64,000 bases of DNA from Cyanobacteria bacterium P01_D01_bin.156. Its GTDB lineage: Bacteria > Cyanobacteriota > Cyanobacteriia > Phormidesmidales > Phormidesmidaceae. The DNA lies in NCBI GenBank assembly GCA_039024555.1, contig JBCCQQ010000004.1:32001-96000 (forward strand), given 5' to 3'. The notes beneath the pieces were generated by a model. It was not told the origin of the DNA. It made no database searches and saw nothing but the letters and a program-made list of their open reading frames with translations. This document shows, in pieces, positions 29,313-39,118 of this stretch (the stretch's first letter is position 1; each line of letters opens with the position of its first letter). The translations under genes were made by a program, and so were the position numbers.

Positions 29313-30911
29313 CTAGCTAGCAAAAGATGCTTCAGGAGAAGCTGTATCTTCACCCTCATGCGCCTCAGCGAAGGAACCCTTGGGTTCATCCAAGAAGAAA
29401 ATACAGATAAAGGCAACAATCAATCCAGCTATGCCTAACAACTGAAAGAACTGAGCATTTACCACACTCATAACCGGCTCACCACCATTAGCCGCACTAG
29501 ACGCATCGACAAATAGCAAACGAGATGTCAAGTAAGCAACTGCACCTACGTTGCCGTAAGCACCTACGTTACCGGCAATCTGACCGGTTACACGACGCTT
29601 AACCAAAGGAACAATGGCAAATGTGGAGCCTTCAGAAGACTGTACAAAGAAGGAACAAGCCATGGTCAAAATCACGGCCAAAGGAAGTGGCCAGCTACCA
29701 TTAACCGTACTCATTAACAGATAGCCAATGCCCATACCTGCCGTAAGCACAACCATGGTCCACTTACGGCTACCCATCTTGTCGGAGATGATACCGCCAC
29801 CAGGACGAGACATCAGGTTCATAAATGCATAGCTGGCGGCAATAATACCGGCAGTTGCTTTGTCCAGACCAAATGTACCCTCGAAGAATGCGGGCAAGAT
29901 TGTTACTACCGCTAACTCGGAACCGAAGTTAACAATGTAAGTCAGTTCTAGAATAGCCACTTGCTTAAAGCGATAGCGATCCTCAGCGGAATAAACCTTA
30001 CGGCCTGCTAACAGATCCTTGTTCACACTCCAGCAGTTATATGCCTGGAACAAGTACAAACCTATGAGTACCGCAAAGGCAAGATACATTGTTCCAGTGT
30101 TCAGAAACTGTACTCGCTTCAAACGCCAAGCCAACACCATCAAAATGACAGTTAAAGGCACATTCATCAGCATCAAGAACCAGAAGTCACGCTTAGTCGT
30201 TACCTCTAGACCACGTGCACTCTGGGGGCGCTGATAGACTTTCCCAGGGGGCGTATCAGTTACATTGAAGTAGTAAAACGAACCGTAGAGGGCGGCAACA
30301 ATACCTGAACCCGCAATAGCCATTCTCCAGTTCAATACCGGAGTCTCAAACGCTGGGAAGAACAGAATCTTAAAGGATTCTGGCTCACCAAAGTTGAAAG
30401 CACCCGGTAAGAAAGATAACGCAAGACCAAAGAGGACCATGGTAAAGGCAGAGAAGGCAGACCCGAAGTTACCCCAACCACCATAAATCCCTTCTGCAGT
30501 TCCCACTTCCTTGGGAGGGAACCACTCAGCCGTCATACGGATACCGATCACAAAACCTGCACCCACAATACCCATGAGCAAACGACCAATCACAAGTTGG
30601 TTGAAACTCTGCGCAGAGGCAAAAATAATACAGGGGATCGCTGCGTAAATCAGTAACACCGAGTAGGTCAGACGAGGTCCAAAACGGTCTAACAACATAC
30701 CAATGATGATCCGTGCAGGCACTGTCAAAGCAACGTTACACAGACCAATCGTACCGGCTTGAGCAGGGGTCAAGCCAAACTCTTGAACAATTGTCGTTCT
30801 AAATGGTGGATAGTTAAACCACACCACAAACGACAGGAAAAAGGCGAACCAGGTTAAGTGCAAGATCTTATACCTGCCCTGAGTGGCCTTAGTAACTAAC
30901 TCTCCTAGCAT
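29313..30911 (-). CDS. nrtP: Nitrate/nitrite MFS permease (NarK/NrtP family)
   Basis: HLTWFAFF, the nitrate signature AEGIYGGWGNFG, NFGSELA and GNVGAYGNVG; adjacent to narB. Confidence 0.93.
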   Translation of the reverse strand: MLGELVTKATQGRYKILHLTWFAFFLSFVVWFNYPPFRTTIVQEFGLTPAQAGTIGLCNVALTVPARIIIGMLLDRFGPRLTYSVLLIYAAIPCIIFASAQSFNQLVIGRLLMGIVGAGFVIGIRMTAEWFPPKEVGTAEGIYGGWGNFGSAFSAFTMVLFGLALSFLPGAFNFGEPESFKILFFPAFETPVLNWRMAIAGSGIVAALYGSFYYFNVTDTPPGKVYQRPQSARGLEVTTKRDFWFLMLMNVPLTVILMVLAWRLKRVQFLNTGTMYLAFAVLIGLYLFQAYNCWSVNKDLLAGRKVYSAEDRYRFKQVAILELTYIVNFGSELAVVTILPAFFEGTFGLDKATAGIIAASYAFMNLMSRPGGGIISDKMGSRKWTMVVLTAGMGIGYLLMSTVNGSWPLPLAVILTMACSFFVQSSEGSTFAIVPLVKRRVTGQIAGNVGAYGNVGAVAYLTSRLLFVDASSAANGGEPVMSVVNAQFFQLLGIAGLIVAFICIFFLDEPKGSFAEAHEGEDTASPEASFAS

Positions 30912-31147
30912 CTACGCTATTCCCATAAACAGACAAACACTCTCTTACCGCTTGAGCCCGTAGACTCAAGCTAAAGAATAAACCCGAAGAAAATTGCCGG
31001 GTCACGGTATGACGAAAATTTCAACAGTGAACGACTACTTGCCCAGTTGCTGGAACACGCTTTAAACAGCATCCACAAAATGAGAAAAACTGACTAAAAT
31101 TGTTCTATCAGATGCAACTTAGCTCCTAGTGAATTCACCTTGGAGTA

Positions 31148-31218
31148 ACTTTATCGATGACCACCAGGCAGAAAAGTATTTTCTGATACCATTAGCCCAA
31201 GAGAATCCTTTTTTTGCA
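31148..31218 (-). promoter_or_regulatory. NtcA-activated promoter of nrtP with a possible NtcB half-site
   Basis: GTA-N8-TAC at 31176-31189, then 22 nt, then TAAAGT (31153-31148, minus strand). A T-N11-A ending in TGCA lies at 31206-31218, the same offset as at nirA. Confidence 0.8.
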
Positions 31219-31240
31219 TTATCAATTTCATATATTGCAT

Positions 31241-31254
31241 GTATTACTGAATAC
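31241..31254. promoter_or_regulatory. Second NtcA-consensus box upstream of nrtP
   Basis: GTATTACTGAATAC. Confidence 0.55.
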
Positions 31255-31342
31255 TAGCCAGAAAGTTGAGCAGGCATCAATGCAATTTGGAAACCCTATA
31301 GAATTAGGCACGTCTTTGTCCATTTATTGTTGTGGCATACCC

Positions 31343-31387
31343 AAAAATCAAGAGGCCGCCTTCAATGTAAGAAGGCGACCTCTTGAT
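31343..31387 (-). terminator. Rho-independent terminator
   Basis: The minus strand reads ATCAAGAGGTCGCCTTC-ttacatt-GAAGGCGGCCTCTTGAT followed by a T run. Confidence 0.85.
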
Positions 31388-31462
31388 GAATAAACGGTGA
31401 GTAACATGCCCCCTTAGAAATGGGGACTTTCAAGGATCAGTCTAAGTAACTTCTGAAAAATC

Positions 31463-31672
31463 CTATTCAGCAAGGTCAGACCACAACGTAGCTTGATGGG
31501 GAATGACTACATTCACTACATTAGCAGTGTTACCGCTAACATTTGGCTGAGCCAAAGAAGCTCGTACAACAGTGTAGCCAGCAACAAACATGGCCAATGC
31601 TGCCAAGATCCCAGTTAAAGTCTTATCTAAACTAGAAGACTGGGTGGAAACTGTACGGGTTTGAGAAGACAT
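31463..31672 (-). CDS. Small single-TM/exported hypothetical protein (69 aa)
   Basis: Hydrophobic stretch LTGILAALAMFVAGYTVV. It has its own downstream terminator and an NtcA box upstream. Confidence 0.65.
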   Translation of the reverse strand: MSSQTRTVSTQSSSLDKTLTGILAALAMFVAGYTVVRASLAQPNVSGNTANVVNVVIPHQATLWSDLAE

Positions 31673-31722
31673 ATACGTAACCCTGGGCTATAACATCAGC
31701 TATAGCATCCCACAGTTATTCT

Positions 31723-31736
31723 GTATCGAATAATAC
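31723..31736. promoter_or_regulatory. NtcA-consensus box about 50 nt upstream of the 69-aa ORF
   Basis: TGTATCGAATAATAC contains GTA-N8-TAC. No canonical -10 at 22 nt. Confidence 0.5.
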
Positions 31737-31748
31737 TGTTTACGAAAT

Positions 31749-31928
31749 TTAGTCTTCGAAACTATAGCTAATGGTTTCGGATGGAAGAAATGGGCTGATA
31801 AACTGCTCGGTCAACGACATCGGTAAACCGGCATGGTGGGAAATTATGCCATGGGCCACCCCTGCAGCTAATCCGATCAAACCAGGAATAATCAAAGACT
31901 TTAGGTTATCCATTAATTCATTAGGCAT
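31749..31928 (-). CDS. Small single-TM hypothetical protein (59 aa; not in ORF track)
   Basis: Translation: MPNELMDNLKSLIIPGLIGLAAGVAHGIISHHAGLPMSLTEQFISPFLPSETISYSFED*. Co-oriented with nirA and nrtP; alternative start at 31913. Confidence 0.6.
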   Translation of the reverse strand: MPNELMDNLKSLIIPGLIGLAAGVAHGIISHHAGLPMSLTEQFISPFLPSETISYSFED

Positions 31929-32169
31929 GCTTGAGTTAAGCTCATCATGCCCAGCTCCTCACCCTCATTCTGTAGCACTGCTAACGGCATGCAAAAACCG
32001 ACACAGACTTTGCACATTGTTCATTCACTATTCACACATGGTGAGTGCTTTTTTAAGGCTGGTCGAGTGGCCGCTTACTGCTAAGAGACTGCTTACCGCC
32101 CCAATACAAAAACTTCTCGGCAGCCAACACCGCCGAGAAGAATATCTCGAAATCCTTATCAGTTAAGAA

Positions 32170-34035
32170 TTACAGATCAAGTACAACACGCCCTTGTGGA
32201 TGGGCAATACAGGTTAAGACTGCCGTTTCACCGGCTTCTAAAGCAGATGGATCACCTTCATAACGCACCTTGCCTTCTAGTAAAGGCACCTTGCATGTTC
32301 CACAAGAACCAGACTGACAGCTACTTTCAATATCAATACCTGCATCTTCTGCGATCGCAAGAATCGACTGACTATCATCACAGTTCACTTCCTTCCCAGA
32401 CTTAGAAAAGACAGCCACAGATGGCGTCTTTACCTTTGGTGTTTTCGGAACATCTTCAGAAACAGATTCAGGCTCTTCAATCACTACACCAGGTTTAAGA
32501 GTAGCCCCAAAGTTCTCAGTCAGTAAGGTACGAACCACCCCAGGCAAATCCTCACAAGGCACCTTTTGCATCACTCGCTCACCCAGGTGAGCATCTTTGC
32601 CAACGGTGCCACCCATGTAAATATCCACAGCAGGAACCATTTTGCCGTTTTTACGAGCTTTTGTTCCCATCATGCCAATCTGGGCTACTTGGGGTTGCCC
32701 ACAGGAATTAGGGCAACCGGTCCAATGCACACGCACTGGTTCCGGCACATCCAACTCAGCATCCAATCGGCGAGCCAGCGCCAGGGACTGCATCTTAGTT
32801 TCCACGAGGGCAAAGTTGCAAAACTGTGCACCCGTACAAGACACCAAAGAACGCACCAGGGGAGATGGCTGAATGGGAAATGTCTGAACAATCGGTTCGG
32901 ATAAGAAAACAGCTAAGCGATTATCTGGAACATTGATAACAATCACATTCTGTTCCACCGTCAGGCGCAGATCACCACTACCATAGACCTCAGCAACACG
33001 GGCCAAGTCCATCATCTGCTCCGCCTTCAGGCGACCAACGGGTACATGCAGGCCAATGTAGTTGAGACCTTCTTGTTTCTGTTGAAAAACTCCGACATGA
33101 TCCCTCTTATTAGAATCTAGAGCATCCTCAGCAGCAGCAGTCGCAAGAGTCTTACCAAAACTCTTTTCTACCTCGGCCCTAAATTCTTCCATGCCCCACT
33201 CGTCAATCAGCCACATCAGGCGAGTTTTTTGACGATTACCGCGAGAGCCATTGTCACGATAAACCGTTAAAATCGCTCGACACAGTTCAACAACCGCCTG
33301 CTTCTCAGCAGGGACCCAAGCATTGAGAGGAATTGCCGCTGCACAGCGAGTAGAAGAGAAAAAACCACCCACCAATACATTGAAACCTAAATTGCCATCC
33401 TTGTAGGCAGGAACAAAAGCAATGTCATTAATCTCTGCGTGAACTGAGTTGTCGGTACTACCTTCCAAGGCAATATTGAATTTGCGAGGCAAATTCGTAA
33501 AGTCATAATTACCTTCGCCTTTGTTGGTAATCATGTCCTGAACCGCCTGCACGAGTTCGCGGGTATCAATCAATTCATTCGCATCGATACCTGCCACAGG
33601 AGACCCCGTGATGTTGCGTACATTATCCATACCTGACTGCATCGATGTCAGGCTAACGGCATGCATTTTGGCAAAAATATCTGGAATATCTTCTAGATGT
33701 ACGCCACGAAGCTGTAGGTTCTGACGAGTGGTGATGTCAGCGCTCCCATCCTCTCCGTACCGCTGAACAATCTCAGCAAGCACTCGCGTCTGCTGGGACG
33801 AAATCACACCATGGGGCATGCGCAAGCGCAACATAAATTTTCCAGGGGTGACTGGCCGAAAAAAGATACCTAACCACTTAAGACGCTGAGTTAAATCAGT
33901 TTCATCAACGGCTTCCCAACCCATCTCGGCAAACTTCTGGAGCTCACCCTTGACAGCCAGGCCATCCTTCTCAGCCTTATATTTTTCAAATTTATTAAGT
34001 TTTACCTTCTTTTCAGTAGTGGATGCAGTCACCAC
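32170..34035 (-). CDS. nirA: Ferredoxin-nitrite reductase with C-terminal [2Fe-2S] ferredoxin domain
   Basis: LNKFEKYK, DITTRQNLQLRG, NLPRKFN, SCTGAQFC...TGCPNSCG (siroheme/4Fe-4S) and C-terminal CQSGSCGTC...LTC. The GTG start follows GGGAG. Confidence 0.96.
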   Translation of the reverse strand: MVTASTTEKKVKLNKFEKYKAEKDGLAVKGELQKFAEMGWEAVDETDLTQRLKWLGIFFRPVTPGKFMLRLRMPHGVISSQQTRVLAEIVQRYGEDGSADITTRQNLQLRGVHLEDIPDIFAKMHAVSLTSMQSGMDNVRNITGSPVAGIDANELIDTRELVQAVQDMITNKGEGNYDFTNLPRKFNIALEGSTDNSVHAEINDIAFVPAYKDGNLGFNVLVGGFFSSTRCAAAIPLNAWVPAEKQAVVELCRAILTVYRDNGSRGNRQKTRLMWLIDEWGMEEFRAEVEKSFGKTLATAAAEDALDSNKRDHVGVFQQKQEGLNYIGLHVPVGRLKAEQMMDLARVAEVYGSGDLRLTVEQNVIVINVPDNRLAVFLSEPIVQTFPIQPSPLVRSLVSCTGAQFCNFALVETKMQSLALARRLDAELDVPEPVRVHWTGCPNSCGQPQVAQIGMMGTKARKNGKMVPAVDIYMGGTVGKDAHLGERVMQKVPCEDLPGVVRTLLTENFGATLKPGVVIEEPESVSEDVPKTPKVKTPSVAVFSKSGKEVNCDDSQSILAIAEDAGIDIESSCQSGSCGTCKVPLLEGKVRYEGDPSALEAGETAVLTCIAHPQGRVVLDL

Positions 34036-34243
34036 AGCAGCACTCCCAACCTGGTTAACATGGAACAGCTTTAGTATTTTACCAACGGCGCTACCCCGAG
34101 TAGTTCCCTTAGCGCGTTGAAGCAAAAAAAACGGGAGCAAAAAATCAAGATTCTGAAAGAACCTATGACTTTGCCCCGCTAGACACACTTATAAGGAACC
34201 GCTTCAGGAGTTCATTTAGCTCGCTTGCTATCGAGTTAATGCA

Positions 34244-34314
34244 AGAATATTGATATCTTCCAACCTTTTTTGTATAGGGAATTACTGTTTTCAACCAATA
34301 TTGCAACTATCGCA
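34244..34314 (-). promoter_or_regulatory. NtcA/NtcB-type nirA promoter
   Basis: GTATAGGGAATTAC (34272-34285), then 22 nt, then TATTCT (34249-34244, minus strand). A LysR-type TGCA-N5-CGCA lies at 34302-34314, about -70. Confidence 0.88.
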
Positions 34315-34599
34315 TCAGGGCCATGCGAAAATTCTCCCTAATGTTTAGATAATTTGATGAATCATTTTGCATCAGGTGGTGCAAACTTCTCCTGATATCA
34401 GTAGTCATTTTTCGATCAAGTCCTTTCTCCTTAAGCATTAAGACACTCGTGTCAGACAATGGACACTCAGCTGATAAATCAGCTAGTTAACCCTAGCGGC
34501 ATGCGAAAAGCGCATTCTAGAGGATAAATTTTGCATACTTAATTTTGGTGGTGACTTGATTTCACGAAATAATAGTAAGGATGTTGGTGGAGCAAGCAG

Positions 34600-35868
34600 A
34601 TGACGCCATCAAGGGGTCTTAGCGGCAGAAAGTCTTCAGAAGTCAAGAGCTCTACAGACTATTGGCAATTGTTTAGAGCAGGTGATTTTGGGGAGAAGTG
34701 GAATAGCTCCAAGCTCATTGTTAAGGAAGGCAAGCGTGCGATCGCGCCATTGCTTAAAATCCTTGAAGACCCTACCGCTGATGCAGAAACTCACTGGTTC
34801 ACAATTCGCACTCTGGGGAATTTTCCAGAACCTCAGGTAATTGCCGCTATTGCCGCTCAGATTGGTCCTAACCCTCAGTATTCGCAACGCACTGCGGAAC
34901 AAACCACTGAGTTAAGCAACTTTGCCATTGAGACCCTGGCCGCCATGGGACCCCCTGCAATTGAAGTACTCACCCAGCTCTTAAACGCCCCTCCACAGCG
35001 TTTGTTAGCCGCAAAAGCTCTTAACCAAATTCGTTCCACCGGCGTGATTCCAGCCATGATTGCTATCGCTGAAGACGAGGATGCAAAAGTGCGCTATTAC
35101 GCCATTGATGCCCTGGGAAGTTTTCACAATCCCCTGATCACCCCAGTTCTGATAAAAGCCATTAAGGATCCATCAGCCTCGGTGCGTAAAGCGACAGTCA
35201 TGGCTTTAGGTAGACGCCCCGATCTGCAGACAACCTTTGACCTAAGCCAAAAACTAGAGCCTCTGCTGTGGGACATTGATATCTCAGTCTGTTGTCAAAC
35301 TGCCCTTGCCTTAGGTCGTTTAGGAGCAGGTGACATGGTCAGTACGTTGCAGCAAGTACTCTTATCAGACAATACCCCCAAGGTATTATGCCTTGATATC
35401 ATTCGTGCCTTGGCTTGGTACTGCGAGATCCCTACATTATCCAATCCAACTTCTCAGCAAGCCTACAGCACCCTTTCTCAGGCTTTAAGGCACTTCTCAG
35501 CAATCGAAAACTCACTGATTACCCTTACAGAAGAAAGGCAGCAAATTTTAGTGGCTATTGTGCGTGTCTTCGGAGAGCTCAACCATAGCTCCATGGCCAA
35601 TGCAGCAATCCAATGTTTAATTGACTTTCTGCAAGTTCCACCGGACTCACTACCTGTCATTCAAGCCACCATCATGGCCCTGGCTGATTTAGCTCAACCC
35701 CAAGCATTTGAACCACTTTTACCCTTCCTGAACCACAGAGAAGAGGCTGTCCCCATGCATACTATCGCGGCCCTCAAACGTTTAGATCCTGACCACAGCT
35801 TTGAACGCGTCAAAAAATACCTTAATGGGTTTCCAGACCGTGAAACAGAAATACTTGATCTTTGGTAA
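34600..35868 (+). CDS. nirB: HEAT-repeat protein, NirB-like
   Basis: PBS-lyase-like HEAT repeats (VRYYAIDALG, VRKATVMALG). It is divergent from nirA and upstream of ntcB, as in known clusters. Confidence 0.75.
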   Translation: MTPSRGLSGRKSSEVKSSTDYWQLFRAGDFGEKWNSSKLIVKEGKRAIAPLLKILEDPTADAETHWFTIRTLGNFPEPQVIAAIAAQIGPNPQYSQRTAEQTTELSNFAIETLAAMGPPAIEVLTQLLNAPPQRLLAAKALNQIRSTGVIPAMIAIAEDEDAKVRYYAIDALGSFHNPLITPVLIKAIKDPSASVRKATVMALGRRPDLQTTFDLSQKLEPLLWDIDISVCCQTALALGRLGAGDMVSTLQQVLLSDNTPKVLCLDIIRALAWYCEIPTLSNPTSQQAYSTLSQALRHFSAIENSLITLTEERQQILVAIVRVFGELNHSSMANAAIQCLIDFLQVPPDSLPVIQATIMALADLAQPQAFEPLLPFLNHREEAVPMHTIAALKRLDPDHSFERVKKYLNGFPDRETEILDLW

Positions 35869-36044
35869 GCCATTAACGCTAGCCATCCTCAGCCCTAACC
35901 TATAAAATCAAGAGAACATTAAATACGAGTCCAAATATTCTCTGAATCAAAGATTCAGAATTATCGTCTTTGCTTCTGGGTTAGCAATTATCAAATCATT
36001 TTCAAAAAAATTAGAGATAGTTTTATGAGTTTGGTCTACTGCCG

Positions 36045-36086
36045 GTAGCCAGACACACTAAATAGGATGGTCACAATACCTAAAGT
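36045..36086 (+). promoter_or_regulatory. NtcA-type promoter of ntcB
   Basis: GTA-GCCAGACA-CAC (36045-36058, one mismatch), then exactly 22 nt, then TAAAGT (36081-36086). Confidence 0.7.
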
Positions 36087-36144
36087 ATTAACCAACATTC
36101 TTCCTAAGTTTTTGGTGTCTGTTAGTCCTAATTTTTTCTAGCCT

Positions 36145-37092
36145 ATGCGCATAGAGCAGCTACAAGCATTCCTAGCGATCGCCGAAACCGGCAGCTTTCA
36201 ATCCGCTGCTCGTCGTTGTGGCATTACTCAATCCACAGTGAGTCGACAAATTCGCGGACTAGAAGATGACTTGGGCATGCCCCTTTTCCATCGCACATCC
36301 CAGGCTAAACTCACCATTGGAGGTGAACGGCTATTACCCAGAGCCCGGCGAATTTGTCAGGAATGGAAGCAAGCTACCAGTGAAATTGCCGATTTATTAG
36401 AAGGTCGACAGCCAGAGCTTTGTGTGGCTGGGATTCAATCCGTTTGTTCACACTTTTTACCCCCTATCATTACCCAATTCTGTCAGCGCTATCCTCAGGT
36501 ACAGCTACGAGTCACTGCACTTGGCAGTGATCGCTCTTTGAAAGTACTACGTGATGGCTTAGTAGACATTGCCATTGTGATGCATAACCCAATGCTCACC
36601 AGTTCCCAAGAGATGGCTGTCACTCCCCTTTATGAAGACCATGTGGAGGTGTTAATGGCTGCAGACCATCCCCTAGCCAACTACAGCCCTGCACCTTGGT
36701 CTGAAATTGCTCGTTATCCCCATGTTGTCTTTAAAGATGGTTATGGTATGCAGCGATTAGTACAATCACAGATACCAGAAACAGAACTAAAAATGGCATT
36801 GGAATTAAACACCCTAGATGCCTTTCGAGGAGTGGTCCGTCAAGGCAAAATGATCGCTCTTCTTCCCCAATCTGCTTTAGCTGAAAGTCGCCGCGATCCT
36901 GGCTTAGCTGTACGCAGCACAGCGGCCCCCGTCCTGACTCGCCAAGTTGTCATGGTAACAACCCAAGATCGACTAAGATTGCCCCCCGTTCGTCAGTTTT
37001 GCGATATGGTGAAGCGCTTGGCTGACGAGAGCTTTAGCCAGCTTAGTGATTTACCTCGCCTAATGGCCCTAAATGAACATGTCTTGTCATGA
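36145..37092 (+). CDS. ntcB: LysR-family nitrate assimilation activator
   Basis: MRIEQLQAFLAIAETGSFQ, LRVTALGSDRSLKVL, FKDGYGMQRLV and ELNTLDAFRG; gene context. Confidence 0.92.
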   Translation: MRIEQLQAFLAIAETGSFQSAARRCGITQSTVSRQIRGLEDDLGMPLFHRTSQAKLTIGGERLLPRARRICQEWKQATSEIADLLEGRQPELCVAGIQSVCSHFLPPIITQFCQRYPQVQLRVTALGSDRSLKVLRDGLVDIAIVMHNPMLTSSQEMAVTPLYEDHVEVLMAADHPLANYSPAPWSEIARYPHVVFKDGYGMQRLVQSQIPETELKMALELNTLDAFRGVVRQGKMIALLPQSALAESRRDPGLAVRSTAAPVLTRQVVMVTTQDRLRLPPVRQFCDMVKRLADESFSQLSDLPRLMALNEHVLS

Positions 37093-38177
37093 GCAGTATT
37101 TTTCGAGACCTTCTCAAGAAGGTTGGTAGCGGTACCCACACATCCCAGGATCTCAGTCGCGAGGAGTCAGCCCTGGCAACTCGTTTAATGTTGGAGCAAA
37201 GGGCAACCCCCGCTCAAATCGGAGCCTTTATGATTGCTCAACGGATTAAACGGCCCACCATTCCAGAACTGGCAGGCATGCTGGACTGCTATGACCAATT
37301 GGGGGGCCGCTTAAAGCTCTCTGGCACTACTCCCCACCCAGCTATCGTGTTGAGTACTCCCTACGATGGACGACTTCGTCATGCACCAGTAACCCCCATC
37401 ACAGCACTGGTTTTAGCAGCAGCAGATATCCCAGTGATACTCCATGGTGGCGATCGCATGCCCACAAAAATGGGGGTGCCGTTAGTAGATGTCTGGCAAG
37501 GGTTGGGAGTGTCATGGCAGACATTGTCCTTAGAACAAACGCAACAGGTCTTTGATTGCACCCAGGTAGGATTTATCTATTTGCCAAAACATTTTCCTGA
37601 AGCCCATCATCTCGTTCCCTATCGAGAACAGATTGGCAAACGACCTACCCTAGCGACTATTGAGCTTATGTGGGCTCCCTGTGATGGGCCCATGCATGTG
37701 GTGAGCAGTTTTGTTCATCCACCGACCGAAGATCGTACTCAGGAAACCTATCAACTACGCCATACCCATAACTACACAACAGTTAAAGGGCTAGAAGGCA
37801 GTTGCGATTTACCTCGAAGTCGCACAGTCATTATTGGGATGGGTAGTAAACCCAAGGACGGGCAACCAACGTTTGAGCGTCTGCTGCTACATCCCAGGGA
37901 CTATGGTTTTGATGGCCCTGACCCGTCGCTGGAGGAAGACTTTCTCAGTACTTTAGAGCCGCTTCTCCATGGAGAAGCCCATCAGTTAACTGATTCCGTT
38001 GTTTGGAACGGGGGCTTTTATCTATGGCGAATGGGTGCTGTACCTAATTTATTGGAAGGATTCGAACAGGCTCGAAACCTTTTGACATCCGGTAAAGTTG
38101 CAGCTAAACGAGAACAGCTACGGAATGTCACTGCCAACGTACACAAACATCAGCTATCTCCTGTTTCAAGTTGTTGA
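37089..38177 (+). CDS. cnaT: Anthranilate phosphoribosyltransferase-like protein CnaT
   Basis: FRDLLKKVGSG.HT, AQIGAFMIA.RIKRP, PYDGR and KGLEGSCDL; 4-nt overlap with ntcB. Confidence 0.85.
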   Translation: MSSIFRDLLKKVGSGTHTSQDLSREESALATRLMLEQRATPAQIGAFMIAQRIKRPTIPELAGMLDCYDQLGGRLKLSGTTPHPAIVLSTPYDGRLRHAPVTPITALVLAAADIPVILHGGDRMPTKMGVPLVDVWQGLGVSWQTLSLEQTQQVFDCTQVGFIYLPKHFPEAHHLVPYREQIGKRPTLATIELMWAPCDGPMHVVSSFVHPPTEDRTQETYQLRHTHNYTTVKGLEGSCDLPRSRTVIIGMGSKPKDGQPTFERLLLHPRDYGFDGPDPSLEEDFLSTLEPLLHGEAHQLTDSVVWNGGFYLWRMGAVPNLLEGFEQARNLLTSGKVAAKREQLRNVTANVHKHQLSPVSSC

Positions 38178-38203
38178 AAGCGCGCCGCTAAAACAGCAGC
38201 TAA

Positions 38204-38950
38204 TCAAAAGCTCTGGGCCAACTCCTCTTGCAGCATATCGTTGTAAATTCGAGGGAGATGATCAGACATACTGTTAGTTTCAATTCCGTAACCTAAACTA
38301 GTCCAAGTACCTGACAGAAGTTCCAACACCTGATGAACTTCCCCATTTTTTAGCTGCTGACCAATATCCATCCCCCAAGCATCTGAATCCGACAGCCAAC
38401 GATAAACAACGATGTCCTGCGATTCTGGTGAAAAATCGTATGCCTGCCAAAACTCAAACCAACTGGGAGGTATAGGATGATATTGCTGAGCCATCGAATA
38501 CCACGTAGTTGTTAAGAACTGATAACGTCCTGCTGCGGTTGTACAGCTACCCACGTTAGGTCCTGTTTCAATAGCGATACAGGTATCTGGATGATTGGCA
38601 AGATCGTTGATAATCTTACCTCCATAAAGAAGTCGATAGGGTCTATCCATATTAGACTCACTGGCTGAAATCGTCCGCATTAACGCACGGACATAGGGAT
38701 CTCCACCACTCATCGCCAATGGTAAAGGAGATTCAACCCAATTGGCTGAACCAAACCTCAATAACTGGGATGGTCGAAAATTGAATTGAGGGAGCTTGTA
38801 AGGCCAAAAAACCTTAGGCGCTTGCCAATAAAAGAGAACACCTATTACCCCCAAAAACATTAGGATCGTAATAATTAAAGGCCCATAGTCTGCTTTGGCA
38901 GTATGTTGTGACGCGTCCTTGACTGATTTACTAGATGAGGGATGAGACAA
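38204..38950 (-). CDS. Membrane-anchored lambda-lysozyme-like muramidase (GH104/GH24-like)
   Basis: N-terminal TM; VRALMRTISASES, TAAGRYQFL..TW, DFSPESQD and WTSL. Confidence 0.85.
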   Translation of the reverse strand: MSHPSSSKSVKDASQHTAKADYGPLIITILMFLGVIGVLFYWQAPKVFWPYKLPQFNFRPSQLLRFGSANWVESPLPLAMSGGDPYVRALMRTISASESNMDRPYRLLYGGKIINDLANHPDTCIAIETGPNVGSCTTAAGRYQFLTTTWYSMAQQYHPIPPSWFEFWQAYDFSPESQDIVVYRWLSDSDAWGMDIGQQLKNGEVHQVLELLSGTWTSLGYGIETNSMSDHLPRIYNDMLQEELAQSF

Positions 38951-39118
38951 CTTTCAGAATCCAGAAGTAGCGACTGTCTTGAGAGAAAAGCCTGTTTGTA
39001 TGAAATACACCCTCAAACTATCAGGTTTCTTAATTGCTTTATGCGCATCCAGTATATCGAATTTTCCAGGAATTGATACTCACAATTGTGAACCTACAAT
39101 GTCACAATTCGTAGCTAC

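Noticed and set aside
31771..32166. 131-aa plus-strand ORF between nrtP and nirA
   Set aside because: No recognisable features; it is antisense to the more protein-like 59-aa ORF that is co-oriented with the cluster.
34036..34188. N-terminal extension of NirA in the ORF track
   Set aside because: A GGGAG RBS precedes the GTG at 34035; the extension lies in the inferred 5' leader and is not NirA-like.
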